This document shows, piece by piece, positions 1 to 7,733 of a stretch of 32,000 bases of DNA. Location: positions 2,730,001-2,762,000 of the forward strand of contig NC_017448.1 of assembly GCF_000146505.1 (NCBI RefSeq). The letters are read 5' to 3'. How positions within the stretch are numbered: position 1 is the first letter of the stretch; each line of letters opens with the position of its first letter. The DNA comes from Fibrobacter succinogenes subsp. succinogenes S85. Lineage in GTDB: Bacteria > Fibrobacterota > Fibrobacteria > Fibrobacterales > Fibrobacteraceae. A program made the translations under genes and the position numbers. The notes below the pieces were generated by a model. It made no database searches, was not told the DNA's origin, and saw only the letters and a list, made by a program, of their open reading frames with translations.

Positions 1-1261
1 AGAACGTGAGCGTTTCTCCGGGCGTTCCGATATCCGTGATTTTTAGCCCCGTTTTTGTTCCGCTATACCAAGTGATTGCAGGGTAGGTTTCGTCCGAAAA
101 TTCTGGGTAAGTCCCGCTTTTGAAGAATGCATCTGCGGTACTACCGGGATTTGGCCATTGGTCTTTGTCGCCGCTGAGGGACGGTTCTGTGTGATTGGCA
201 CGGACAATTCTCAATCCGAGTTTATTCGAAGCAGTATTGCCTTCTATAGAGAAGTCGTAATGCTGCATCAAGAGCCCGCTTCCCCTAAGAACTTTGTTGC
301 GGCCTGTGTTCCGTACGTATGACCACACCAAACCTTCTTGATTTGGCCTTGCGGGGTTCTTGTAGCGGTAGCACACTTCGCCGGGCTTTGTGGTTTCGAG
401 GCTCACGTCTTCGCTAGTCACATCTACGAACGGAATCCAGCCTTGGTCTGCACGGTAAAAGTCGTTTATCGCCACAGGATTTATGTCGTTAGGTCTGTTG
501 CCCATGGTGCAGTAATCGCCGTACCAATAAAGGTCTGGCCAACCGAAAATCATGTGCCCGCTTTCGTGCACAAAGACGTAGAGACCGAATGTGCCTGGCA
601 TGTCCGTCATTTGGTGGTGCGTGAGTCTAACGCCATCGCGCTTTTCGTTGGACCATCCGGCATGTGGCCAGAGACCTCGCTCTCGGACTTCGCCGGCACC
701 GGCGTAAACAATATTGATCGCTTCGGTTGTTCCGTCCTTGTCGTTGTCATAACGCGAATAATCCACCATCGCGTCGAAATACGCAAAAACCTCTTTCATC
801 AGGGAATCAGAACCCGTGTATCCCGGCAAGCTTTCGTACCAGGACTTGGGATGCTTGGCACGGTACCAGCCGAAAACTTCGTTGGTGAGGTCAAGTTGTC
901 CGTTTGAAACATCCAGATAGTAGTCGCGGACGGAACCGTTACAGCCGTTCCTGTTAAACCCTTCCTTGTTCAGCCAGTCTTCGATTTCGCTCTTCGTGAC
1001 AGGGGCGGCCTTATCCGAGAAGTCAACGAGCAGCGTTAGGCTGTAAATTTTGCCCTTGGGGGCGGCATAATGGCTTTGAGTTTGTGTTGCTGCCGTCCTT
1101 GCCAAAACAAAGCTAGGCCTAGCTCCGGATCCGTTAAATGTCGGCCGGGCCTCTTCGGGCCACTCCTGGACCCTTTTCCCTTTATACACGATGTCGGCAA
1201 AAAGCATCGTCGGGAGCAACAATAGCCCCATTAATAAGCCGAATGCAATTTTGGTTTTCAT
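1..1261 (-). CDS. Secreted M6-family (immune inhibitor A-like) zinc metalloprotease; C-terminal part lies beyond the window start
   Basis: Absent from the supplied ORF track because it runs off the window edge. The reverse complement from the ATG at 1261-1259 reads MKTKIAFGLLMGLLLLPTMLFA (signal peptide) and stays stop-free to position 1. The HExxH zinc motif VFVHESGHMIFGWPDLY (HESGH codons at 568-554) checks as in frame with that ATG. The listed + strand ORF 338..907 is its antisense shadow. Confidence 0.75.
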   Translation of the reverse strand, partial: MKTKIAFGLLMGLLLLPTMLFADIVYKGKRVQEWPEEARPTFNGSGARPSFVLARTAATQTQSHYAAPKGKIYSLTLLVDFSDKAAPVTKSEIEDWLNKEGFNRNGCNGSVRDYYLDVSNGQLDLTNEVFGWYRAKHPKSWYESLPGYTGSDSLMKEVFAYFDAMVDYSRYDNDKDGTTEAINIVYAGAGEVRERGLWPHAGWSNEKRDGVRLTHHQMTDMPGTFGLYVFVHESGHMIFGWPDLYWYGDYCTMGNRPNDINPVAINDFYRADQGWIPFVDVTSEDVSLETTKPGEVCYRYKNPARPNQEGLVWSYVRNTGRNKVLRGSGLLMQHYDFSIEGNTASNKLGLRIVRANHTEPSLSGDKDQWPNPGSTADAFFKSGTYPEFSDETYPAITWYSGTKTGLKITDIGTPGETLTF

Positions 1262-1476
1262 AAAACATCCCTTTCCCTTTAATCCATTTTTAGAAATACA
1301 TTAATTTTCGGCAAGAAGGCGTTTCGTATGAAAAAAGCAAGGACTATTCATTTTACCCATAGCCTATTTTTATTACATTTCCTCCGAATGTAAACATTAA
1401 CCATAGGATGTTACTAGGGAGCCTTCGATTTCTTTTCGCTGTCTACTTCTAACTTCCTACTTCCTACTAAATAAAT

Positions 1477-2184
1477 ATGTCCAAATTCAAACGTATTCTT
1501 CTCAAGCTCAGTGGCGAAGCCCTCGCAGGCGAAAAGGGCCACGGCATCGACAACCAGATTCTTTCTGACATGGCCTCCGAAATTGCATCCATCGTCAAGC
1601 AGGGCGTGCAAGTCGCTCTCGTGATTGGCGGCGGCAACCTCGTTCGCGGCATTTCTGCTTCTGCTGGCGGCATGAACCGCGCCCAGGGCGATGCCATGGG
1701 CATGCTCGGCACCGTGATGAACGGCCTTGCCATGCAGGACGCTCTTGACAAGCAGGGCATTGACTCTGTGGTGATGTCCGCTATCCGCATGGAACCGGTC
1801 TGCGAATTCTTCGTCCGCCGCAAGGCTCTCAAGCTTTTGTCCGCGGGCTCCGTGGTTATCTTCTCCGCTGGTACGGGTAACCCGTTCTTCACGACGGACA
1901 GCTGCGCCGCTCTCCGTGCTATCGAAAGCGAATGCGATGTCATCATGAAGGCTACCAAGGTCGACGGCATCTACACCGCAGACCCGGTCAAGGACCCGAC
2001 GGCAACTCGCTTTGACGACATCTCCTACAAGGAAGTCATCTCCCGCGGCCTCAAGGTCATGGACACCGCAGCCGTCGCTCTCTGCATGGAAAACAACATG
2101 CCTATCTTCGTTTTCAAGATGGAAAAGGGCAACCTCACGCGCGCAGCCATCAACGGCGACCTCGGTACGCTTGTCCATTGCTAA
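1477..2184 (+). CDS. pyrH: UMP kinase
   Basis: 235-aa ORF with canonical UMP kinase motifs: ILLKLSGEAL, VIGGGN, FSAGTGNPFFTTD and ATKVDGIYTADP. Confidence 0.95.
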   Translation: MSKFKRILLKLSGEALAGEKGHGIDNQILSDMASEIASIVKQGVQVALVIGGGNLVRGISASAGGMNRAQGDAMGMLGTVMNGLAMQDALDKQGIDSVVMSAIRMEPVCEFFVRRKALKLLSAGSVVIFSAGTGNPFFTTDSCAALRAIESECDVIMKATKVDGIYTADPVKDPTATRFDDISYKEVISRGLKVMDTAAVALCMENNMPIFVFKMEKGNLTRAAINGDLGTLVHC

Positions 2185-2240
2185 TTAGGTTATAGGGTGT
2201 AGGTATTAGGTCAATACTTACATCCGAGGTAAACCTGTCA

Positions 2241-2265
2241 AGCTCAGCTTCGGCTGGGCTTTTTT
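2241..2265 (+). terminator. Rho-independent terminator after pyrH
   Basis: Hairpin AGCTCAGC-TTCG-GCTGGGCT (one G-U pair) followed by TTTTT. Confidence 0.6.
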
Positions 2266-2310
2266 AGCATTTTGAATATGCTATCTTTGGCGGATAAGAA
2301 GGATTGTAAG

Positions 2311-3267
2311 ATGGCTCGTTGTCCTAAGTTATTTTTGCTCGTACTGTTTTTGGTTGGCCACGTATTGGCTTCTGATGTGGCAGTGAAAATTGGGGATGGG
2401 TCTGTTGCGAAAAACGATTCTGTATGGGTACAGAAATTTGATGAAAAATTTTCGCTGCGCTTCTTGTGCGACTACACTCTTTGGAGTGTCTGGAATACGG
2501 CTTACGGCAATGAAGCTCTTGTGTCCAATTCGCCTTTATCTTTGGGGCTCGGCTTTGCTTACGATGACCTTTTTACGTTGTTTGGAGTCTCGTGGGATAT
2601 TTCATGGGATTTCACGATGAGTGTCTTTTTGGGGGCTGAAGAAGAAAGTTCAAAAGTCGACGCCTTTGAAACGGGACTGGATTTATTCCCTGGAAAATTC
2701 TGGATTGAAATTTGGCTTTCTTATTATTCCGGTTTTTCGGTGAAGACCGAGCAAGATGGAAAAATGGTTCGCCGGTTTAGCGATCTCAATTTCTTTGAAA
2801 TGTACGTTTCGGTACTTTGGATGTTGACTTCGAAGGACAAGTTCTCGCCGCGTAGCGCGTATTTTTTGGACCGGCGGCAAACGCATTCAGCGGGAAGCTG
2901 GATCTTTGGTGGGCGTTTTCAGGGCTATATAGCCGAAGATCCCGACAGCCTGTTGACTTTTTATGAGGAGGGTGAACGTATTCTGTCATCCATATGGGGA
3001 AATATCGGATACACGTACACCTGGGTTTTTGAAAACGGATTTTTTGGAAACATTTGGCTAGATGTTGGACTCGTCTATGGATTAAACAACGATGACGAAT
3101 ATACCGTGATGCCGCAACCCGATTTTAAGACGGCTTGGGGGTATGCTGGGCAAAAATGGTCATGGAACATAGTTGTGGAGGCTGAGTACAACGCTTTCTC
3201 GTACAAATCGTATTGGGAACAAAAACTCATCGTGAAGGGCGGAATTTTGGTGGTCCGCAGGTTCTAG
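2311..3267 (+). CDS. Hypothetical secreted protein, possibly an outer-membrane beta-barrel
   Basis: The ORF 2272..3267 has an internal ATG at 2311 that gives MARCPKLFLLVLFLVGHVLA-SD (signal peptide). The protein is rich in aromatic/Gly alternating stretches and ends in a C-terminal Phe (VVRRF), as in many OMPs. I recognised no family. Confidence 0.5.
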   Translation: MARCPKLFLLVLFLVGHVLASDVAVKIGDGSVAKNDSVWVQKFDEKFSLRFLCDYTLWSVWNTAYGNEALVSNSPLSLGLGFAYDDLFTLFGVSWDISWDFTMSVFLGAEEESSKVDAFETGLDLFPGKFWIEIWLSYYSGFSVKTEQDGKMVRRFSDLNFFEMYVSVLWMLTSKDKFSPRSAYFLDRRQTHSAGSWIFGGRFQGYIAEDPDSLLTFYEEGERILSSIWGNIGYTYTWVFENGFFGNIWLDVGLVYGLNNDDEYTVMPQPDFKTAWGYAGQKWSWNIVVEAEYNAFSYKSYWEQKLIVKGGILVVRRF

Positions 3268-3285
3268 GGGTATCCTGGTATCGCT

Positions 3286-4068
3286 TTACTGTTGTTGGGC
3301 GAATTCTTTTAGTTGCAACTCGTTAATCATTGTTTCTAGATCGCAGCTTTTCCCGTCGCCGTGAAATTCAGCTCCCTTTCTGTACCAGCATGACGAATGG
3401 CCTTCGGCAACTTTTTTCTCGTATTCCGATTCGGCAAGAGTCCATTGGGCAGTAACGCTCTTTGCGACTTTTTCGGTGCTTTCGCGCATCTTGAGGAGTA
3501 AATGTCCCATGTATTTGCCGAAGCTGCGGCCTCTGATGTTGTGAATTTGTTCTTTGCAGTTGGGGCAAATTGACGTCGCGATAGATCCACCCGAAAGCGG
3601 GGAACCCGAAAAATAGTGGATGACCGCCGTGCTGCCGCACTTACACGGAATCTTGAATTGCTCGTTGTCCCATAACTCAAGAAGCTCGCCTAGCTTGAGG
3701 TTGATGTTCACGAGGGTGCCTGCAAAATTGTAGTGTTTCGAGGTCGAGATGGGGCCGACATAGCAACCGCCACCTTTGATGGCGTAGTGTGCGTCAATGT
3801 TGGCGTAACGCGGTGTTTCAAGGATTTCGTCCTTGTGCCTTAAAATGAGGTCAAGGTTATCGAACAGCAGCTTTTTTTTGCGTTCAAATCTTTTTTCAAG
3901 AAGCTTCGCCACTTCCTCTTGTTCTTTTTTTTCTTGTTCCATGTCGTCGCTGACCAGCTTCAAGCCGACTGTTTGACGCTTGCATAGCGATGTGAACGAT
4001 TCAGGGTGGATGTCAGGCTTTTTGAGGTAGTCGTTAATTGATTTCTTGTCGTCGAAAATGATTGCCAT
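3286..4068 (-). CDS. Hypothetical protein with a charged coiled-coil-like N-terminal segment and a Cys4 zinc-ribbon-like motif
   Basis: 260-aa ORF. The EQEKKEQEEVAKLLEKRFERKKK segment is followed by CKCGS...(24 aa)...CPNCKE (CxC...CxxC). I recognised no family. It is transcribed opposite to the flanking pyrH and frr. Confidence 0.6.
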   Translation of the reverse strand: MAIIFDDKKSINDYLKKPDIHPESFTSLCKRQTVGLKLVSDDMEQEKKEQEEVAKLLEKRFERKKKLLFDNLDLILRHKDEILETPRYANIDAHYAIKGGGCYVGPISTSKHYNFAGTLVNINLKLGELLELWDNEQFKIPCKCGSTAVIHYFSGSPLSGGSIATSICPNCKEQIHNIRGRSFGKYMGHLLLKMRESTEKVAKSVTAQWTLAESEYEKKVAEGHSSCWYRKGAEFHGDGKSCDLETMINELQLKEFAQQQ

Positions 4069-4384
4069 AAGGAATCTCCTGTTAAAGTTCTTTATATTAT
4101 CGCTTTTCTATGCATAAATGTAAATGCATGCATAACTATAAAACGGAATATACAAATTCCATGTGACAAATGCTGTCATATGGAGTTTTTCGTATGCTGG
4201 GGTTTGCCAAGATGACGATGTGTAAAAAAGGATCCTTGAACGATTGGCTGTAATTTCCCCTGATTTTTTTTATCTATATTTCAAAACGTATAACAAAAGC
4301 TAGGGATCCTTCGGCAACGCCGCAGGTACTCCTGGTTGTAGGATTAACAACTATTTATTAACCACTAACCACTGTTTACTACTT

Positions 4385-4918
4385 ATGTCTGAATATTCTG
4401 AGAAGATGGACAAGGCCATTGAGGCCACTGAACGTGAATTTTCCAAGATCCGTGCTGGCCAGGCTAGCCCGGCTATCCTCAACGGTGTGCGTATCGACTA
4501 TTATGGCACCCCGACCCCGATTTCCCAGGTTGCAAAGATTTCTGTGCCTGAACCGCGTATGCTCCTTGTGACGCCGTGGGAAAAGCAGCTCGTCGATACT
4601 ATTGATAAGGCTATCCTCGCTGCAAACATCGGCCTTACCCCGATGAAGGACGGCAACTGCATCCGCGTGACGCTCCCGATCCTCACGACCGAACGCCGCA
4701 AGGAACTTGCCAAGATCGCCCGCAAGCATGCCGAAGACGGCCGCGTGGCTATCCGCAACATCCGCCGTGACGCTAACGACGCCCTCAAGAAGAACAAGGA
4801 AATCTCCGAGGACGAAGTCAAGAAACAGCAGGACGAAATCCAGAAGGCTACCGACAAGGCCATTGCTGAAATCGATCGTTTGCTTGCCGAAAAGGAAGCA
4901 GACATCCTCAAGGTGTAG
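4385..4918 (+). CDS. frr: Ribosome recycling factor
   Basis: 177 aa. FSKIRAGQASPAILNGVRIDYYGTPTPISQVAKISVPEPRMLLVTPWEK and the C-terminal charged helix are typical of RRF. Confidence 0.95.
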   Translation: MSEYSEKMDKAIEATEREFSKIRAGQASPAILNGVRIDYYGTPTPISQVAKISVPEPRMLLVTPWEKQLVDTIDKAILAANIGLTPMKDGNCIRVTLPILTTERRKELAKIARKHAEDGRVAIRNIRRDANDALKKNKEISEDEVKKQQDEIQKATDKAIAEIDRLLAEKEADILKV

Positions 4919-4930
4919 TCCGGGGTTTGC

Positions 4931-5641
4931 GTGGCAAATCAGCTTAGACATGTCGCAATCATTATGGACGGCAACGGGCGCTGGGCTCGTAGCCGGGGCT
5001 TGGAACGTTTCTTAGGCCACCGCAAGGGGACTGAATCGACAATCGATGCGGTCGAAGTGGGGGTGAACCTCAAGCTCGAACACATGACATTGTACGTGTT
5101 CAGCTCCGAAAACTGGGGCAGACCGTCAAAGGAAGTGGATTACCTGATGAACCTTCTCATTGAGATGGTGGTTAAGGAAATCCCCGACTTGATGGAAAAG
5201 AACGTGAAGCTCACGGTCATCGGTAATATGAACCGTATTCCCGAAAAGCCGCGTGCAAGTCTCCAGTCCGCAATTGATAAGACGGCAAACAACACGGGCA
5301 TGCAGCTGAACCTCGCCATCTCCTATGGCGGTCGTCAAGAAATCGTCGAAGCGACAAAGAGCATTGCGGCAGAAGTTGCTGCAGGCAAGCTTTCCATCGA
5401 CGAAATCAATGACGAAATTTTTGCCAAACATTTATACCTGAAGGGAGCTCCTGATCCGGACTTGATTATCCGTACGGGTGGCGAATTCAGGCTTTCCAAC
5501 TATCTTTTGTGGCAGGCCGCCTATAGCGAGTTCTACGTGACGAACACGCTCTGGCCTGATTTCACGAAGGAAGAGTTCATGAAGGCGGTCGAGTTCTTTA
5601 ATACTCGCGAACGCCGTTTTGGGAAGGTTCTTCATGAGTAA
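4931..5641 (+). CDS. uppS: Undecaprenyl (isoprenyl) diphosphate synthase
   Basis: GTG start. Cis-prenyltransferase motifs HVAIIMDGNGRWA, GHRKG, FSSENWGRP and IRTGGEFRLSNYLLWQAAYSEFY. The stop overlaps the cdsA start (ATGAGTAA). Confidence 0.93.
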   Translation: MANQLRHVAIIMDGNGRWARSRGLERFLGHRKGTESTIDAVEVGVNLKLEHMTLYVFSSENWGRPSKEVDYLMNLLIEMVVKEIPDLMEKNVKLTVIGNMNRIPEKPRASLQSAIDKTANNTGMQLNLAISYGGRQEIVEATKSIAAEVAAGKLSIDEINDEIFAKHLYLKGAPDPDLIIRTGGEFRLSNYLLWQAAYSEFYVTNTLWPDFTKEEFMKAVEFFNTRERRFGKVLHE

Positions 5642-6515
5642 TTTGACTCAGCGATTGATCACTGCATTTATCGCTATTCCAATCGTTTTTGTTTTACTTT
5701 GGTTCAACGACTTTAGCCGCATTGGACTGATGTGCTTTTTGAGCGCTGTGGGCGCCTGGGAATGGGCTCGCATGGCATCCAAGATGTATGCAGGCCCGGA
5801 CATGCGTTACCTCTCGTTTGCATCGTCTTTGGCATTGACGCTGGCGTGGGCTCTTTCGAAGGGTGGTTATTTTGGACTCCCGGCTGTGCCTTACGTTGTC
5901 GGCATGACTTTCCTCGCCATTTTCGCCATTTACATTGGCGTTGCTTACGCAAAGGTTGAAATCGACCACTTGTTCCCGTGGCTTGTGATGCAGCTCGGCG
6001 CTCCGCTGTATGTGGGGCTCTGGGGTGGCATGAACGTGCTCATGATGGGCAATGGCCAGGGCTTTGAGCATTGCTACCCGTTCATTCTCGTGATGACTGC
6101 AGTGTGGCTCTGTGATACGGTCGCGTATTTCTTTGGCAAGTTTGCAGCAGGCAAGGGACCGTTTGGCCGTCATTTGTTTGCGCCGAGCATCAGCCCGAAG
6201 AAGACTTGGGAAGGCTCGATTGCAGGTTCCATCGCAACGATTGCATGGGTTGCCTATTGGGTCAAGTGCAGTGCTGCACTCAGCTCGTTTGAAATGAATT
6301 TCACTTGGACATCGGCAATCGTCATTGGCCTCCTCATCACGGTGGCAGGCCAGGTGGGCGACCTTTTGATGTCTGCTCTCAAGCGCTGGAGCGGTACCAA
6401 AGATTCTGGGAACTTGTTTGTGGGTCATGGCGGCGTGCTCGACCGTTGTGACTCGTTCCTCCTTGCGGCGCCTGCTCTATACATCTTCATGGATTTCTTG
6501 AAGACCATCGTGTAA
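5634..6515 (+). CDS. cdsA: Phosphatidate cytidylyltransferase (CDP-diglyceride synthase)
   Basis: Polytopic membrane protein. The ATG at 5634 lies inside ORF 5619..6515. The C-terminal signature KRWSGTKDSGNLFVGHGGVLDRCDS matches the CdsA family. Confidence 0.9.
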   Translation: MSNLTQRLITAFIAIPIVFVLLWFNDFSRIGLMCFLSAVGAWEWARMASKMYAGPDMRYLSFASSLALTLAWALSKGGYFGLPAVPYVVGMTFLAIFAIYIGVAYAKVEIDHLFPWLVMQLGAPLYVGLWGGMNVLMMGNGQGFEHCYPFILVMTAVWLCDTVAYFFGKFAAGKGPFGRHLFAPSISPKKTWEGSIAGSIATIAWVAYWVKCSAALSSFEMNFTWTSAIVIGLLITVAGQVGDLLMSALKRWSGTKDSGNLFVGHGGVLDRCDSFLLAAPALYIFMDFLKTIV

Positions 6516-6544
6516 AAACAAAAGCGCTACGCAAAAGCATTGAA

Positions 6545-6586
6545 AAGACCGTAACTGATTCTCTCAGTTACGGTCTTGTTTTTTTT
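6545..6586. terminator. Bidirectional terminator between the convergent cdsA and the histidine-phosphatase gene
   Basis: Perfect 14-bp stem AAGACCGTAACTGA / TCAGTTACGGTCTT around loop TTCTC, followed by a T-run (TGTTTTTTTT). Confidence 0.7.
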
Positions 6587-6605
6587 GCAAGGTTTAAGTT
6601 CTTGA

Positions 6606-7733
6606 TTATCTTTTGGGGGTTGACGGCTTCTTGCCTCCCATGCCGTGCTCCTCCATGTAAATGGCGAGGTAGTCAATAACGCCTGAATCTGCGCCTTTGA
6701 CCGGGACATAGCGCAAGCTGTTGTCTGCCCCGATGATGATGGCAAGCCCGGCGATGTAATTAATCCAGTGGTAATCTTCATGGTACTTCAAGGCGACTTT
6801 GCCTTTGGAGCCGAACACGGCGAGCGGCATGACGAAAATGTCGTGCGAGACCATGATGCTTACGCGTTTCCACTTGGGTAAATTCTTGAGGATGACTTTC
6901 TGTATGAATTCTTCGGCGCGTGGGGTGAGTTCGTAAAGCGCGTCTGTGTAGCCACCTTCGTAAGCCCAGTGGGCCATGAGTTCGACAGAACCGCCTTGCA
7001 TGCCAAGCTTTGTCCCGTATGCGGATAGTTCGTCGGCGGAGATTTTCAGAAACCAGTTCCCGGTAATATCGTAGCTCGTGATGAGCTTTGGAAGGCTTGC
7101 TTCTCCACGGCCTTTTGAAATGTTGTTTGCAGTCTCGTTGGTGCGCACGAATCCCGAAGTGATGTAACTAAATTCCTCGTCGCTCTTGAGCGTGGTACCT
7201 AAATTTTGGGCCATTTTTACGCCGTTAGCGGTGAGTTCCGTTTCTATGGCGACATTGTCTTCGCGCTCGGAATGTCGAATGATGAAGACTGCTTTTTCGT
7301 CTGCGGTAAGACTCTTGTAGACGTCGGCGACAGTTGCAAAACCGTTCTCGTCAAGCGAAATCTCTTTTGCTGGTAGCGATGTTTGCGAGGAACTGGAAGA
7401 TTTTGCTACATCTGAAGACGAAGAAACTGGCGTCTCTTGCGATGATGAAATTGCGGATGAACTTGTTTGAACTGCAGAAGACGAAGACCGCCGATGAGTG
7501 CTTCGTGATGAACTGGAAAATTGTTTTTGCCCGCTTGACGATGAGCTTTGTTGAATGGCTGAACTTGATGGCTCCTCAATTGTTGTAGTTGTGAAAGAGG
7601 ATGAAGCGGTGCTTTCAGGAGCTGTTGTGGATGTGGCTTTGTCACAGGCTGAAAGCATCGCCGTGTATGCGATTGCGGCGAACAAGGGATAAGCCGCAAT
7701 CGCGCAGAGCACGCTTTGTGTAGGTTTATTCAT
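6606..7733 (-). CDS. Histidine phosphatase superfamily lipoprotein with a poly-Ser linker
   Basis: Lipobox in MNKPTQSVLCAIAAYPLFAAIAYTAMLSAC. A long Ser-rich linker is followed by FIIRHSERED...LTANGVKMAQNLG (RHxE catalytic motif context) and a distal VSHD. The start ATG abuts the stop of the upstream gene (TAAATG). Confidence 0.7.
   Translation of the reverse strand: MNKPTQSVLCAIAAYPLFAAIAYTAMLSACDKATSTTAPESTASSSFTTTTIEEPSSSAIQQSSSSSGQKQFSSSSRSTHRRSSSSAVQTSSSAISSSQETPVSSSSDVAKSSSSSQTSLPAKEISLDENGFATVADVYKSLTADEKAVFIIRHSEREDNVAIETELTANGVKMAQNLGTTLKSDEEFSYITSGFVRTNETANNISKGRGEASLPKLITSYDITGNWFLKISADELSAYGTKLGMQGGSVELMAHWAYEGGYTDALYELTPRAEEFIQKVILKNLPKWKRVSIMVSHDIFVMPLAVFGSKGKVALKYHEDYHWINYIAGLAIIIGADNSLRYVPVKGADSGVIDYLAIYMEEHGMGGKKPSTPKR

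Noticed and set aside
338-907. 189-aa plus-strand ORF near the window start
   Set aside because: It lies antisense to a much longer minus-strand reading frame (1..1261) that carries a signal peptide and an HExxH metalloprotease motif. The plus-strand translation has no recognisable features.
4194-4253. 19-codon ORF MLGFAKMTMCKKGSLNDWL* with GGAG 8 nt upstream, in the frr upstream region
   Set aside because: It is too short to support from sequence alone. There are no known leader-peptide features, and conservation cannot be assessed here.
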